From NCBI GenBank assembly GCA_976226885.1, contig OZ320316.1, forward strand, positions 17,794,001 to 17,858,000: a DNA stretch of 64,000 nucleotides, read 5' to 3'. This document shows positions 24,501 to 36,002 of this stretch, piece by piece. The notes under the pieces were generated by a model. That model did no database searches. It was not told the origin of the DNA and worked only from the letters and a program-made list of their open reading frames with translations. The stretch comes from Iphione sp. A-MEVVRFRX5. Its lineage: Eukaryota. How positions within the stretch are numbered: position 1 is the first letter of the stretch; every line of letters begins with the position of its first letter. Position numbers and translations under genes: made by a program.

Positions 24501-27500
24501 TTGGTTGTTGGCAGACACTTCTACATCTAAATGCTATGTTATTCCCCTCTTTATCAATTATTATCCACTGCTAGAGCAAAGATCCACATACCCAAAAAAT
24601 GTATGCGTGAGGCTCTCAACCAATCAGCGCACTACATTCACTACACGTCACCCCCATAGCAACAATTGTTTATATGACAGCTCTCTTTAAAACATGTGGT
24701 CATTGGTCTGAAAGAATGCGCCTTCACAATCTAAAGACGTCATTTGCTAGGGAAATTCTCGTGCTTTCAGCAGGTACCTGGGAAGTGGGCCTATGATGAT
24801 GGGAGGACTACAAGGCGAGCTGCTGAAGTTTGGAAAAATAGCAGCGAGCAAGGGTTCTTTTGTCTTTGTGCATTCGAGCATCCACAAAATTCAGAGCCGT
24901 ATTGCAGGCACTTATTTTCATCATGAGAGTCTAATATTTACACAGAATACACTTCATACACAATAGATATGAAAAACAATCAAAACCCATTTTCAATAAT
25001 TTGACTGACATCTGACTTTCGAGGCCTATATCTCAGTGTCAGGCCCTGTGACTTCCATCGCGATTTTGATATACATATTATCAATGCCAGAACTGACTTT
25101 GTATAAGATTACAAATACCTTGGCTTACATAATGCTTATGATCTTACAATCGAACTTCATGTATAAATGGTAATTAAGAAAACACTGAATGTGGTATTCC
25201 CAAGCACTCAATAACTGAATTAGCCATCTCACCACACTTTCACCACTATTCTGCTTTCATCACATAACCCTCAAATAGAACAGAACTTTATATTTTTTAA
25301 AAGTATCTTTTACAAAAAATAAGACGTTGAACTCTGAATCTCTGCATATCTGCCTCAAAAAGTTTCTATGCATTTAGCAGCTCATGTCTCAGTTACTTGA
25401 GCTTTCACTATTTCATCCAGTATCATTTTGATACTGAGTCATATCCTTCTAGAAGTAGTAGATTGATAACATTTCTCCATACAAAGAGTATTTTCATTTT
25501 GCAACTGTACAGTAAAAGAGGCATAACTATATTTAACTTTTACCCAAAACAATAGATAAGCCTGTCTGATACAGATCTTCATTCATATTAGTTGGTGATT
25601 TTTTTTATTGGTTATTGATTGAAAGCTTATGAATGATCACATAAAAATAATGAGTAAGATTGAGATTAAGTCAAAGTGAAAATAATACATAGGATTACAT
25701 GTAAGGACATTGCAGATATTCTAAATCAAACACTGTGAGGCATAGGTGCTACTGACTGGGTAGATACATTTCAGCTTATATTGCATGATTGATCAAGAAA
25801 ACCTTTTAATGTCATAGAAACAACTGATTTTGAATACGATGATAAAACATAAAATTATTGTAGAAGTTATAAAAACACAGACAGGTGCTTGGTGTGCAGG
25901 TGGTGGTACATTGAGCTTCAGGGACATTGTTAAAGATGATGTTATGTCCCTGATTTTCATAGATTGAAACTGACATGGTTTGTGCACCATTCTTGTATGT
26001 ACATGTATGCTGTGCAGTTAGATAAGTTATGTAATGATCAACTTGATTATTCCTCCTATAATTCCCATTAATATTACATTTGCAAATTCTTCCCATGAAA
26101 ACTTGACCATTTGTGAATCTTCTGTGAATTTTTTTTCTTTTCTTTTCTATCCATAGATCACAGTCTTGGAGGGTCTACCTGATCATGCAGTTGCATTCTC
26201 ACTAAAGAAAAACATAGAAGTGGATCTTCCCCAGAAAGACAGATATAAACCTCTTACTATAACAAGTGAAGCAAAGAAGCTAAGTCACACATCTAAATTA
26301 TGAAAGCACTCAGATTCAATAATATACCATAAAACCTTCTCTGTTCTAATGACTTTACATAGCTTGATAATAATTTACCTGGATATATTATCAGCAGGGT
26401 AAGGAGTGCTTGTCCTTATCGTTGGATGACATAAGTTTCTCAGCATTAAGTGTAGACCACATAGAAGATGAGTTTTATATAAACTAATCTCAGTAGTAAA
26501 TGTAAAAAGAATTTGACTATTGTTCTCTTCTTTAATTTGTAATCGAAATACAAAATGAATAATGTAACATCCCCCTTAATAAAGTAGGTTATCAAGAAAG
26601 CTCCACTCTCTGGATAGTCTTTGACAAAGATAAGGGTCCACACAGGAATACGGTTCCATTAAAATGATATATGTTATTTTAGGGTTATATATTGTTATTA
26701 CAAAACTGCTTATGTTGCACCTGCTCTATTCTATTGATCAGATTACACATTGAAAAAAGTGCATAGCTTCTAGAAATGACTGCATACTCATTTCCCTCAC
26801 TTCATGTAAAATATTACTGACAATAATAAGACAACAACAAAACCTACCTGCGTTTCTAGTAACGTGGAAAAAATGTATTGTTGATAGGTAGGTACATTTT
26901 TATGTTAATTCATTTTTTCCTATTGTTAATGACTCCTGAAGACAAAAGATGTGTATGATAATAGCACTTCACTGTTCAGATTTTAATGAAGCTAGTGGCA
27001 TATGATGCCCTAAGGAAGAAAACTGTGTACTGTATAAGTCCCTAGTATTATTCATGCTGAAGATATTCACAAAACAAAAAAGAAAATCTTCCATTAGTAT
27101 AGAAATCAGAGTCATTTGGGTCACCGGAAACACAGATATTTTTAGTATGTCTCATGGTGATTAAATTTATTGTATATATTACCCCATAAGAGCATTATTC
27201 CAAGTGTGGAAGGGTAGGAATACTTCTTGAAGGAGTATGAATGTCACCGTTATGCATTTTATGTATTGAGTTTATGATGGAAAGAAAAACACATCTCCTT
27301 GATGTGTTAACAAATAAAATATTTCAAATGACATTTCAAAACATGTACATGTGGTATTAGGAGCACATAAATGTGCATACAATTTCGAAATCATCCAAGT
27401 AGCTCAAAATCTTATACAATGGATGTAACTGGTTACATATTTGTATAGTATTACATGTATAATATACTGAGGTTTTTATACTTTCTCTTTGGAAATAAGG

Positions 27501-27559
27501 AATTTTGTAGTCAAGCCATCTAGCTGTCTCGCTCTTGATTTATTTTCTGTTTGTCAAAA

Positions 27560-28270
27560 ACCTGTATGGACCAATTTTTAACTAAACCCAAACGTTCTCC
27601 ACCATTTCTAAGTAACCATCAGTTTACATGTATATTCATTGTGTAAATGATCTGAGTAACCTACACCATTTAATTCACATTGTATTATTCTCAAGGCTAC
27701 AATCTGAGGAAGCTATTATATTTTTTTCTTGAAGTTTTTGAGGATGATTATTTGAATTCTTTGTGTTATCTAGAAAGAATTTAGTTGAAAAATAAACATG
27801 TGAACATGTGATAACAAATTTGTACATAGAGGATCTTTACCTCTTAAGTAGTTTTTAATTAAGTGAGAACATATATTTTGTGTAATACAATCTTACATAA
27901 TTTAGTGTCCAATTTTAAGTTGTTGTCAAACAAGGTTCCTAGATATCGATATCAAGTAACTTTTACAATTTGAACCATAGAAATAGAACTTGGTAGGCTT
28001 AAGGAAGTTGTATGCTGCCATTCTATGGTATGGAGAATAGGTAGTATTTGTTTGGTATTAGTATTTGATATAATTCTATTGGATGTACACAATATTTCAA
28101 TGCCATTTCAACTTTTTGTTTTTTATTCAATATAGACAATTTCCAAGTAGAAATAGATATGTGAGTGTCACCAATAAATAATGTCAGTGAGGATATTTAG
28201 TGAAGGTTTAGGTAATTGATGAATCAAGAAAAGAAGGGAGCCCAAGGGTTGACCCTTAAGGTACTCCATT
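27560..28270 (-). mobile_element. Decayed LINE (CR1/L2-like) reverse transcriptase fragment
   Basis: Minus strand reads GVP*GSTLG (GVPQGS motif) near 28240-28267, a degraded YADDT-like segment, and YRYLGTLFDNNL near 27915-27950. Confidence 0.65.
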
Positions 28271-28684
28271 TTTTCACTTTTGAAATAGTACTGATGACTT
28301 AACACCGTTGATACATGCTCTTTAAATAGAGAACCAGTTTATGTTTAAAAAATAACTGCTAGGTTGGCTATGTCGGCATGACGTACAGTTACATTTCTTT
28401 TGCTCCTGATTTAAAAAATATATGTATCCAAAGGTGTACTAAATTTGAAGAGAATCTATCCATGCATTAGTGAGCGGTTGCTTTTGAAAGTTTTAAATGT
28501 GGGGATTTGTCAGCCATTTTTTTGGTTGACTTTTTGTGTGTTGCCTTATTGAGATGTCACAAATGGTAACAAATGTCATGGACAGTACATGTTCTATGAA
28601 CTACTTGACGATAGATCAATTAATTAATAACAAAAAGTCAACAGTGTCAGAACCTTTTTTTGATTTATATTTTATTGTTCATAG

Positions 28685-28872
28685 ATTTACAAGCATTACA
28701 AAGTTCTGATCGAGGGCTCTCATGATACCGTGTATGGGTCTGGTTGTGCTCTTCGGGACCAGAGAATTCTTGACGGTCAATGGACGGGATCAAATGTCAT
28801 GGGCCAGGCATTACAGAGAGCACGTGCTGCAATACGACATGACTCGAATCTTCCATCATTGGTCTCAGAATG
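28685..28872 (+). CDS. Probable terminal exon encoding the C-terminal part of a NADAR (YbiA-like) domain
   Basis: After the acceptor TTTTATTGTTCATAG: IYKHYKVLIEGSHDTVYGSGCALRDQRILDGQWTGSNVMGQALQRARAAIR, fitting L.E.S..D..WG.G...W.G.N.(L/M)G..L...R. Upstream exons not identified. Confidence 0.6.
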
Positions 28873-29109
28873 ACATACGTTACTTATATATTAATTAAAC
28901 TTAGCTTCCTTTGCAGTGGGCATACTCCATTTCATTTTTCCAACTCGAGAGTGACGGGAATCTATAATAAGCCATAGCGTAGTTTCAGTCAAACGGGAAT
29001 TGACCAATGCAACCTTTCATGAAGGAATAAACCTGTAAGTAACCTTAGATCTATTGTAGTCTGCATCTCTCATAACCTTTGTAAGCTTTTCCACATATCT
29101 AGCCATATT

Positions 29110-29260
29110 GCATGTGATAGAGAGCGACGATGCAGAGGAAGACCCAGAACAGAATGGATTAACAACATAATGGAATGGAGTGGAATAAAGAAATATGATG
29201 AGCTGGAGGATCATGGCAGCCCACCTTCGTGATGAGGACGGCACCTGATGATGATGATGA
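29110..29260 (+). mobile_element. 3' end of an RTE-clade LINE with a (TGA)n tail
   Basis: RRCRGRPRTEWINNIMEWSG...(frameshift)...SWRIMAAHLRDEDGT*, then TGATGATGATGATGA. Confidence 0.8.
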
Positions 29261-30094
29261 GAGAGCAACACTGTGTGAGGTTTTTCTTTTCTACCTTTAA
29301 CAAACTACATTGTTTTATAATTATTTCATTTACGTTATGTGTTAGCTGGACAGCTGGGAAATATGTTGAAGGCTTCAGCACCCAGTCCCTATTGCTTCCT
29401 TCTTCTTGGGTTCAGTGGTAACTATGACCACTGGTTGCCCAGTCCTTTTAGGTTGACATTCTTACCGATTTTCTTTTACCAGATATTCCCAACAATACAG
29501 CTAAATACTGTATAAGTAAAATTATTAAATTTGACGCTATATGTGACAATAGTAATAACTGACAAATCTTTCATGCCCTGGAATAGTACTTTTGTCCATA
29601 TGTAGAAGGCACCATCTGCAGCTGAATTTTACAAACAATTTAACATCTACATCTCATGCACGTATTTGGTACATCATTCTAAATAAATGTACACCAATTT
29701 GATGACACCTGGATTATATATACCACCCCATTTATCATATACATTTTATTTCATTTATAAAACAGTGTACAGGTCTATAAAGGACATGGATACACTGTTT
29801 AGCAATGAGAAGAGATTCTGGAATAAGCATGCTGGAACTGATCCATTATGATACTTGGTAGAGTGAAGTCTTGGAATCAGCTTTTATCATAGGTTGGAGT
29901 TGAATTGAAACCTCCCCCCCCCTCCATTGCTAGAGTTTACATACCTAATTTCGATTATGTGCTCTTGATTAATAACAGTGTTTTACCTGTAGCTAATGGC
30001 CTTAGTAGTGTAATTCCATCCCTCAGAAATAAAATATTCATTAGGTCAAAATACTGCCGACCTATCTATCCATTGAGCTTCTTTCATCTTTCAG

Positions 30095-30402
30095 TTATAG
30101 TGGGGATCCAGACCAGTGGAGACCCAGTTAAAGACCGAATCGTACTTGTAACAAAACAGGGACAGAGACCAAGATTTCTAGGACCGTATCGTACCTTGTG
30201 TGGTAGAGATACTCTCACCTTATTTAGTGGTAGTGTTGCACTGCAAGATATCATGTGTGCAACCACACAACACAATAGTTGATCTGCAGATATTACAATT
30301 GCTGAATGGATACCAACCAAATTTCCAACAGATCTTAAGCAAGGGACAATTGCCCCATTGTTTAGGATTAAGGATGAATCTAGTGCCATCTACAATAAGC
30401 TG
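30095..30402 (+). pseudogene. Unidentified exon-like segment with one in-frame stop
   Basis: Acceptor CTTTCATCTTTCAG and donor CTG|GTGAGT; 102 codons are open except a TGA at 30280-30282. Confidence 0.3.
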
Positions 30403-31158
30403 GTGAGTGTCCTCAGCTTTTAAATACATTATTCAATTCAACATCTACAATTATCAGAGTACAGAGAATCCAATGGGCTCATCTGTGATACTAAAGATAG
30501 TGTCAGAAAATAATAGAAGTACTGGCGATTCCCTCACAAAATTTGTAGCAAAATTTGTTAGCAATATCAGACACCTAGGACTGGGTGTTTTTGGCTTGGA
30601 AAAACAGAATATATCTTGTATTTGACACAGAACAAGTCAGGAGGATGTGAAAACGGATGTAAGCTTTCTATCTATTTCACAGCATCATGCTGACGTAAAA
30701 AGGTGATTGGTCCATCATAACCAGTATTCAAGTTATCCGACATAACTCTAAGCCGGATGTGTGGTGGCACACCTGCAACACACAACACACACTGAGCAAG
30801 AGGTGAAGGGATGTCATAACTGGTAATAGGTTAAGCATGAAAGTATGATGATAATCCAACAGATGTGTTTATCAAAAATAGAAACTATCAGTGCACTGCT
30901 GTGTGGTCGCACACTTTGCGTGTGACCTTCTCTCCAAATCATTCAGGGATCTCAATATCGGTCCACTGAATTAAATCTCAGACAGAAAAACAAAGTAACT
31001 TCAGAAGGATAAACAGTGGATGTAGAAACCCCATTCATAGGCACAGAATATCCCAACAACTGCTACACCCTCTTCAACTCTCACTTAGGAGATCACCTCT
31101 GGGACTGGAGTAATCTGGTCTCTAGTCAGGTCTCCCCCTGCTATCTGGTCTACCCTGT

Positions 31159-31251
31159 AGCAGCAGTATAGTAGCAATAGCCCCACTGGGGGGTGTACTT
31201 TAAACCCCACCTGGGTCAGATCGATTTTTAGCCCCACCATCAGTGCTCCCT
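31159..31251 (+). repeat. Left TIR of the Polinton-type element
   Basis: Exact reverse complement of 39263-39355. Confidence 0.97.
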
Positions 31252-31429
31252 CCCTCCCCCACCTCCTTCACACATGTGAGGACGTATGTTATCTGTTATC
31301 AGAGAGATTTAGTCTAGATAACACTGAGCTTCGATTTTAGCATGTAGTGTGTGGTAAAGTGACATAAAAATAGTAGGATCTTATCTTGATAAAAGCAAAT
31401 GTCATGTTCTTTTAGATGTGAGAAATCAA

Positions 31430-33150
31430 TGCCGCTTGCCGCTCAACGCTTGCCAATCGGCGATTACGATCGCCATTTTAATATATTTAGAATCATGATA
31501 AAAACAAACGGATTTCGGATTCGAAAAGAGCAGACTCTTAGCGTTCTGTACATATAAAGTTTATGAAAATCGATCAAGTAGAAGTGATAGTTCTGGTCAC
31601 ATTTATACAACCACTGTCAAACCCTTTACATAGTCGGCCGCTACCCTACCGACCGCTATCCCGTCGGCGAATCCGCTCGCCAATTTGAGGAATTTACAAT
31701 AAAGATACAGACAAATGGATTTCAGATTAGAAGAGAGCAGACTGTCAGCTTTCTGAAGATATAAAGTTTATGAAAATCGGTCAATTAGAAGTAGTGTTCT
31801 GGGCTACTTGAGTAGAACCACCCTAAAATACAAATTATGCCGCTCATACAGTCGGCCGTTTTCCGATTGGCATTACGTTTTGTATGATTACGAACAGGTC
31901 AGTAGGGATAGAGAAATATAGATTGCAGATTTGAAACGCCCAAGCTCTGGGCTTTTTGAAGATATAAAGTTTATGAAAATCGGATAATTAGAAGTGGTGA
32001 TAAAAATTTCTTTTCATACCCAATGTCAAATCAATTACATGGGTGGCCGCTACCCTGCCGTCCGTTTTCTGATTGGCGATTACGCTCGCCATTTTCATGT
32101 ACTTAGAATAAAGATAGAGACAAACGGATTTCAGATCTGAAATGCCCAGAGTATCATCTTTCTGTAGAAATAAAGTTTATGAAACTCGGCTAAGCAAAAG
32201 TGTGCTTTTTGGCTACTTTAGTACACCCACCCTAAAATGCACATTATGCTGCATAGTCGGCTGTTTTCCGATCAGTGATTATGCTTGCCAAAATGAAGTA
32301 TTGATAATGCATTTACATCAAAACTTACATTTGTGAAAAGAGCAGACCCTCAGCATTTTAATGGTGGTTGAATCGTTTAGATCAGATAATTAGAAGTAGT
32401 ATTTTTGGCTACCTTAGGAGACCCACCCTACCATGTGTGTTTATTATTATCCGGTCGGCCGCTTGCCAATGGGTGATACGTTTTCTATTATTATGACTCT
32501 TGTAGCACAGATAGAGAAACATGGATTTCAGATTTGAAAAAAGCAGGCTCTTAATATTCTGTAGATATAAAATATGTGTAAATACGATCATTGGAAGTGT
32601 GGTTTGGGCTACTTTAGTGCACCTACCATAAAATACACATTATGCCACTCGTACAGTCGGCTGCATCCCAGTTGATGATTACGCTCGCCATTTTCAGATA
32701 TTTACCTTACAGATAGAGAAAAATGAATTCCAGATTCAAAAAGAAGATACTCTTAGCTTTTTGTAGATATAAATTATATGAAAATCAGACAAGTGGTCTT
32801 TCCTCCCACTTTAGTACACCCACTGTCAAACCAATTACATGGTCAGCACTACCCTGTCAGCTGCTTTCCGATTGGCGTTATGTTTGCTATTACAAGCAAA
32901 TCAGTAATGATCTGAATACAGCATACCCCCAGCTCTTTGTAGTTTTTCCCCGGATCAAAATGGCAAAGCAGAATAATGAATACCTTTGTAGACCTACTCT
33001 AACTTGTGGTTTTTCCACTATCCTACCGGTCACTCCCTGCTCCCAGATTGGCAAATCCACTCCCCCATAGGAGGCACTTATACTATAGATAGAGACCCTC
33101 AGCTTTCTGCAGATACAAAGTTTATGTCAATCGGATGAGTAGAAGTACAT
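31430..33150. repeat. Degenerate ~200-bp tandem array (about 8 units) inside the Polinton left end
   Basis: Anchor GATATAAAGTTTATGAAAATCGG variants at 31551, 31758, 31961, 32167, 32564, 32766 and 33112, with shared GGATTTCAGAT and CGATTGGCGATTACGCTCGCC motifs. Confidence 0.85.
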
Positions 33151-33556
33151 CCACTATCGGTAGATTATGCAGTCACCAACCACTACTAAGAGCTAAAAAT
33201 GTCACATGTTCAGATGGGTATACTAAAGTTCCTTTCATTTGGATTAAAATTGGTCTTTTCTAGCTGGCATAAAAAAGGACTACAAATAGCTGAGAATCTC
33301 CTAGGTCTAATTTGTGCATTCTAAAAATAACTTTCTTAATGATGGGAATCTTGACTTGTCCGGAACACCCCATCTACAAAGATCTAAAGCCATAGCATAA
33401 TGCAGATCTGTATTTTTGGCTATCAGCTGCATACAAGTCTTTGTATCATCACAATTGGTACACTCTAGCCAATGGGTGTAATAGCTTGTGGACATTACAA
33501 AACATATCCATAATCCAATCCCTCCTCATTTGCCCTTCAGACACCAACCTGTTAAC

Positions 33557-35431
33557 ATGGGAAAAAAATATCATTGTGATTTGTGTAATGCAGACTTCTC
33601 CAGGAGGTTTTGCTTCAATCGCCATTGTAAAAGAAAGCACCCAAATTGTACTACAATGAGAGAACCTAATCCAGACATTATACTAGCACCAGCAATGACA
33701 CCAGCACTGGCACCAGCACCAGCACTGGCACCAGCACTGGCACCAGCACCAGCACTGGCAATGGCACCCGGTGTAACACCAGCACTAATGCCAGCACCAG
33801 CACTGGCACCAGCACCTGGTGTAACACCAGCACTGGCACCAACACCAGCACCGGCACCAGCACCTGGTGTAACACCAGCACCAGGTGTAACACCAGCACC
33901 AGCACCGGCACCCGGTGTAACACCAGCACCAGCACCGGCACCTGGTGTAACACCGGCACCAGCACCAGCACCGGCACCCAGTGTAACACCAGCACCAACA
34001 CCAGCACCAGCACCCAGTATAACACTGGCACCAGCACTGGCACCTGGTGTAACACCGGCACCAGCAACGTCACCCAGTGTAACACCGGCACCAGCACCCA
34101 GTGTAACACTGGCACCAGCACTGGCACCTGGTGTAACACTGGCACCAGCACCGGCACCCAGTGTAACACCACCAGCAGTACCCAGTGTAACATCAGCACT
34201 GGCACAGCCATATGATGTAACACCAAACATGACACATACTGAGGTGACATTTACTCATCCTTTTACCATGGTGATTGCTGGGCCTACTCAGTGTGGTAAG
34301 ACTACCTGGATCAAAAACTTGATTCAAAACCTACCAAATTGGATTCAGCCATGCCCGCAAAGAGTGGTGTGGTGTTATGCTCAGTGGCAACCCATGTATG
34401 AGTATATGAGTGGAGTAGAGTTTGTAAAAGGCCTACCTGCTACCCTAGAAGATGAAGGTTTCTTTGACCCTGAGGCACGGAACCTGCTTATTCTAGATGA
34501 TTTAATGACAGAGGTGGGAAAAGATCAAAGAATTACTCATCTGTATACGAGGGGTAGTCACCACCAAAACTTATCTGTCATAACTATTATGCAGAATTTC
34601 TTTGGTCCAGGGACAAAAACAATCAGGCGTAACTCACACTACATGGTACTCTTTGATATGCCAGCTGATAGACAGGAGGTTCATACTATTGCACAACAAA
34701 TGTTTCCAGGAAACCGAGATTGTCTTCTACACAAATACGAAGAAGCTGTATCTATTCCTTATGGACATTTAGTGGTGATTAACAAACCCAACATGCTTCC
34801 TCAGGACAGACTGCTGGCAAATCCTATAAAAGACCCTCAACTAACAGTGGTTACTCAGTCTGATTCAGACAGCCAACAAGTAAACATCTTAGACATGGCA
34901 TCTAATAGCTGTGTGAACACCTCACAAATGGAGTCTAATAGCAGTATGCAGAGGAAAAAGTTCCACCCTTGTGATGAGTGTGGGGCAGTGTATGGAAGCC
35001 TATATGACCTTTTCAGACATATGAGTCACTGTTTGGTGGAAACTCCGTCAAAGAAACCCAAGGTTGAGAGAGAGGATGATGACACTGAAGAAGAAGATTC
35101 TGATGTGGATATTACAGAAAATGCAACTTTTCAATGGATGTGGGATGCTGCCAAACAAGCAGAAGAGCAACAAGAAAAAGAGTTTTTCAAAATTTACAAA
35201 CAGTATCTTGACCAGGCTATAGATCTCAGAAATGACAAAACTACTAATGATATTTTAGACAAAGCTGAAGGATACATCAACAAAGGAGTAGATGAGTCCA
35301 GAGCTGTTAAGAAAGCACTAAAGAAACATAAATCACTATTTCAAGACCTGTTTGAGGATGATTCTAGTGATGACTCAGAGTCAGAGTCAGAAGAAGAGGA
35401 GAAAGAGGAAGAGGAGGAGAAGGATATATAA
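33557..35431 (+). CDS. C2H2 finger + Pro/Ala (GVTPAPAPAP) repeats + Polinton A32/FtsK-like packaging ATPase + second Cys/His finger + acidic helical domain (624 aa from ATG 33557)
   Basis: HPFTMVIAGPTQCGKT (Walker A), LLILDD (Walker B), TRGSHHQNLSVITIMQN, RRNSHYMVLF and PYGHL; CDLCNADFSRRFCFNRHCKRKH; CDECGAVYGSLYDLFRHMSHC. The frame is uninterrupted. Confidence 0.9.
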   Translation: MGKKYHCDLCNADFSRRFCFNRHCKRKHPNCTTMREPNPDIILAPAMTPALAPAPALAPALAPAPALAMAPGVTPALMPAPALAPAPGVTPALAPTPAPAPAPGVTPAPGVTPAPAPAPGVTPAPAPAPGVTPAPAPAPAPSVTPAPTPAPAPSITLAPALAPGVTPAPATSPSVTPAPAPSVTLAPALAPGVTLAPAPAPSVTPPAVPSVTSALAQPYDVTPNMTHTEVTFTHPFTMVIAGPTQCGKTTWIKNLIQNLPNWIQPCPQRVVWCYAQWQPMYEYMSGVEFVKGLPATLEDEGFFDPEARNLLILDDLMTEVGKDQRITHLYTRGSHHQNLSVITIMQNFFGPGTKTIRRNSHYMVLFDMPADRQEVHTIAQQMFPGNRDCLLHKYEEAVSIPYGHLVVINKPNMLPQDRLLANPIKDPQLTVVTQSDSDSQQVNILDMASNSCVNTSQMESNSSMQRKKFHPCDECGAVYGSLYDLFRHMSHCLVETPSKKPKVEREDDDTEEEDSDVDITENATFQWMWDAAKQAEEQQEKEFFKIYKQYLDQAIDLRNDKTTNDILDKAEGYINKGVDESRAVKKALKKHKSLFQDLFEDDSSDDSESESEEEEKEEEEEKDI

Positions 35432-35470
35432 AATGTCTTCACTTTCTGTAATATAATAGAAGATGTCTGA

Positions 35471-35674
35471 AACAGAGAACTCCCCAGCATACAACAGATA
35501 CCACATGATTTTTTCCAAGGAACAGGTCATGCAGACTTATCAATCATTGATCAGTTTCCAGTCACAAGAAAGGAAGTCAGTATTATCACAATACATATTA
35601 AGGATGAACAGTTAGAATTCGCACCATTAGTAGACCAGCCGTCAACCTGTACACTTCATTTCTTTAGAAAATGA
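35471..35674 (+). pseudogene. C-terminal remnant of the Polinton minor capsid (penton-like) protein
   Basis: QFPVTRKEVSIITIHIKDEQLEFAPLVDQPSTCTLHFFRK* fits the Y.PV...I.I.I.D...PF...TLHF(R) ending; the N-terminus is missing. Confidence 0.6.
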
Positions 35675-35997
35675 GTGCCAATATGTGGAAAAAACATTTC
35701 AAAGCCATGTTAGAAGGAAAGATACGTCCAGACAAAAATGGAATATGGCAAGTAAAGGACACTGCTGCACAAGATGGTGAACCTCCAGCAATCATCAAAG
35801 TAGTTAGTAATACTCAACAGGCAGTGGAACAAGCAAAAAACAAGACACAGAATCAAAAGAGGAAACTTCTTATGCTTTATTCTCAGAACAAGAAGAGGAA
35901 GACAGCTAATCAAAACAAGAGAAAATCTACCACCAAAAGCCATCAGTCTACTCCAAAACATCACTGGAAAATGTTACCACCAAAAAAAAGTCTTTAG
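35671..35997 (+). CDS. Small basic (Lys-rich) Polinton protein, possible DNA-binding core protein
   Basis: MSANMWKKHFKAM...VVSNTQQAVEQAK...KRK; the ATG overlaps the upstream stop (ATGA); lies between the minor and major capsid remnants. Confidence 0.65.
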   Translation: MSANMWKKHFKAMLEGKIRPDKNGIWQVKDTAAQDGEPPAIIKVVSNTQQAVEQAKNKTQNQKRKLLMLYSQNKKRKTANQNKRKSTTKSHQSTPKHHWKMLPPKKSL

Positions 35998-36002
35998 TCT
36001 AA

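Noticed and set aside
21240-24950. TIRs for the Sola-like element
   Set aside because: Subterminal-looking sequence exists at ~21250-21700, but no matching inverted repeat or TSD was found on the right side.
28690-29271. Long minus-strand frame with a signal-peptide-like start
   Set aside because: It has several stops, and the plus strand is explained by a NADAR-like exon and an RTE LINE 3' end.
33307-33640. Small Cys-containing minus-strand ORFs inside the Polinton
   Set aside because: Short, partly antisense to the ATPase gene start, and no recognisable family; may be a gene remnant but cannot be supported.
33571-34250. Gly/Ala-rich and Val/Leu-rich ORFs on the minus strand
   Set aside because: Antisense shadows of the Pro-Ala repeat in the ATPase fusion gene.
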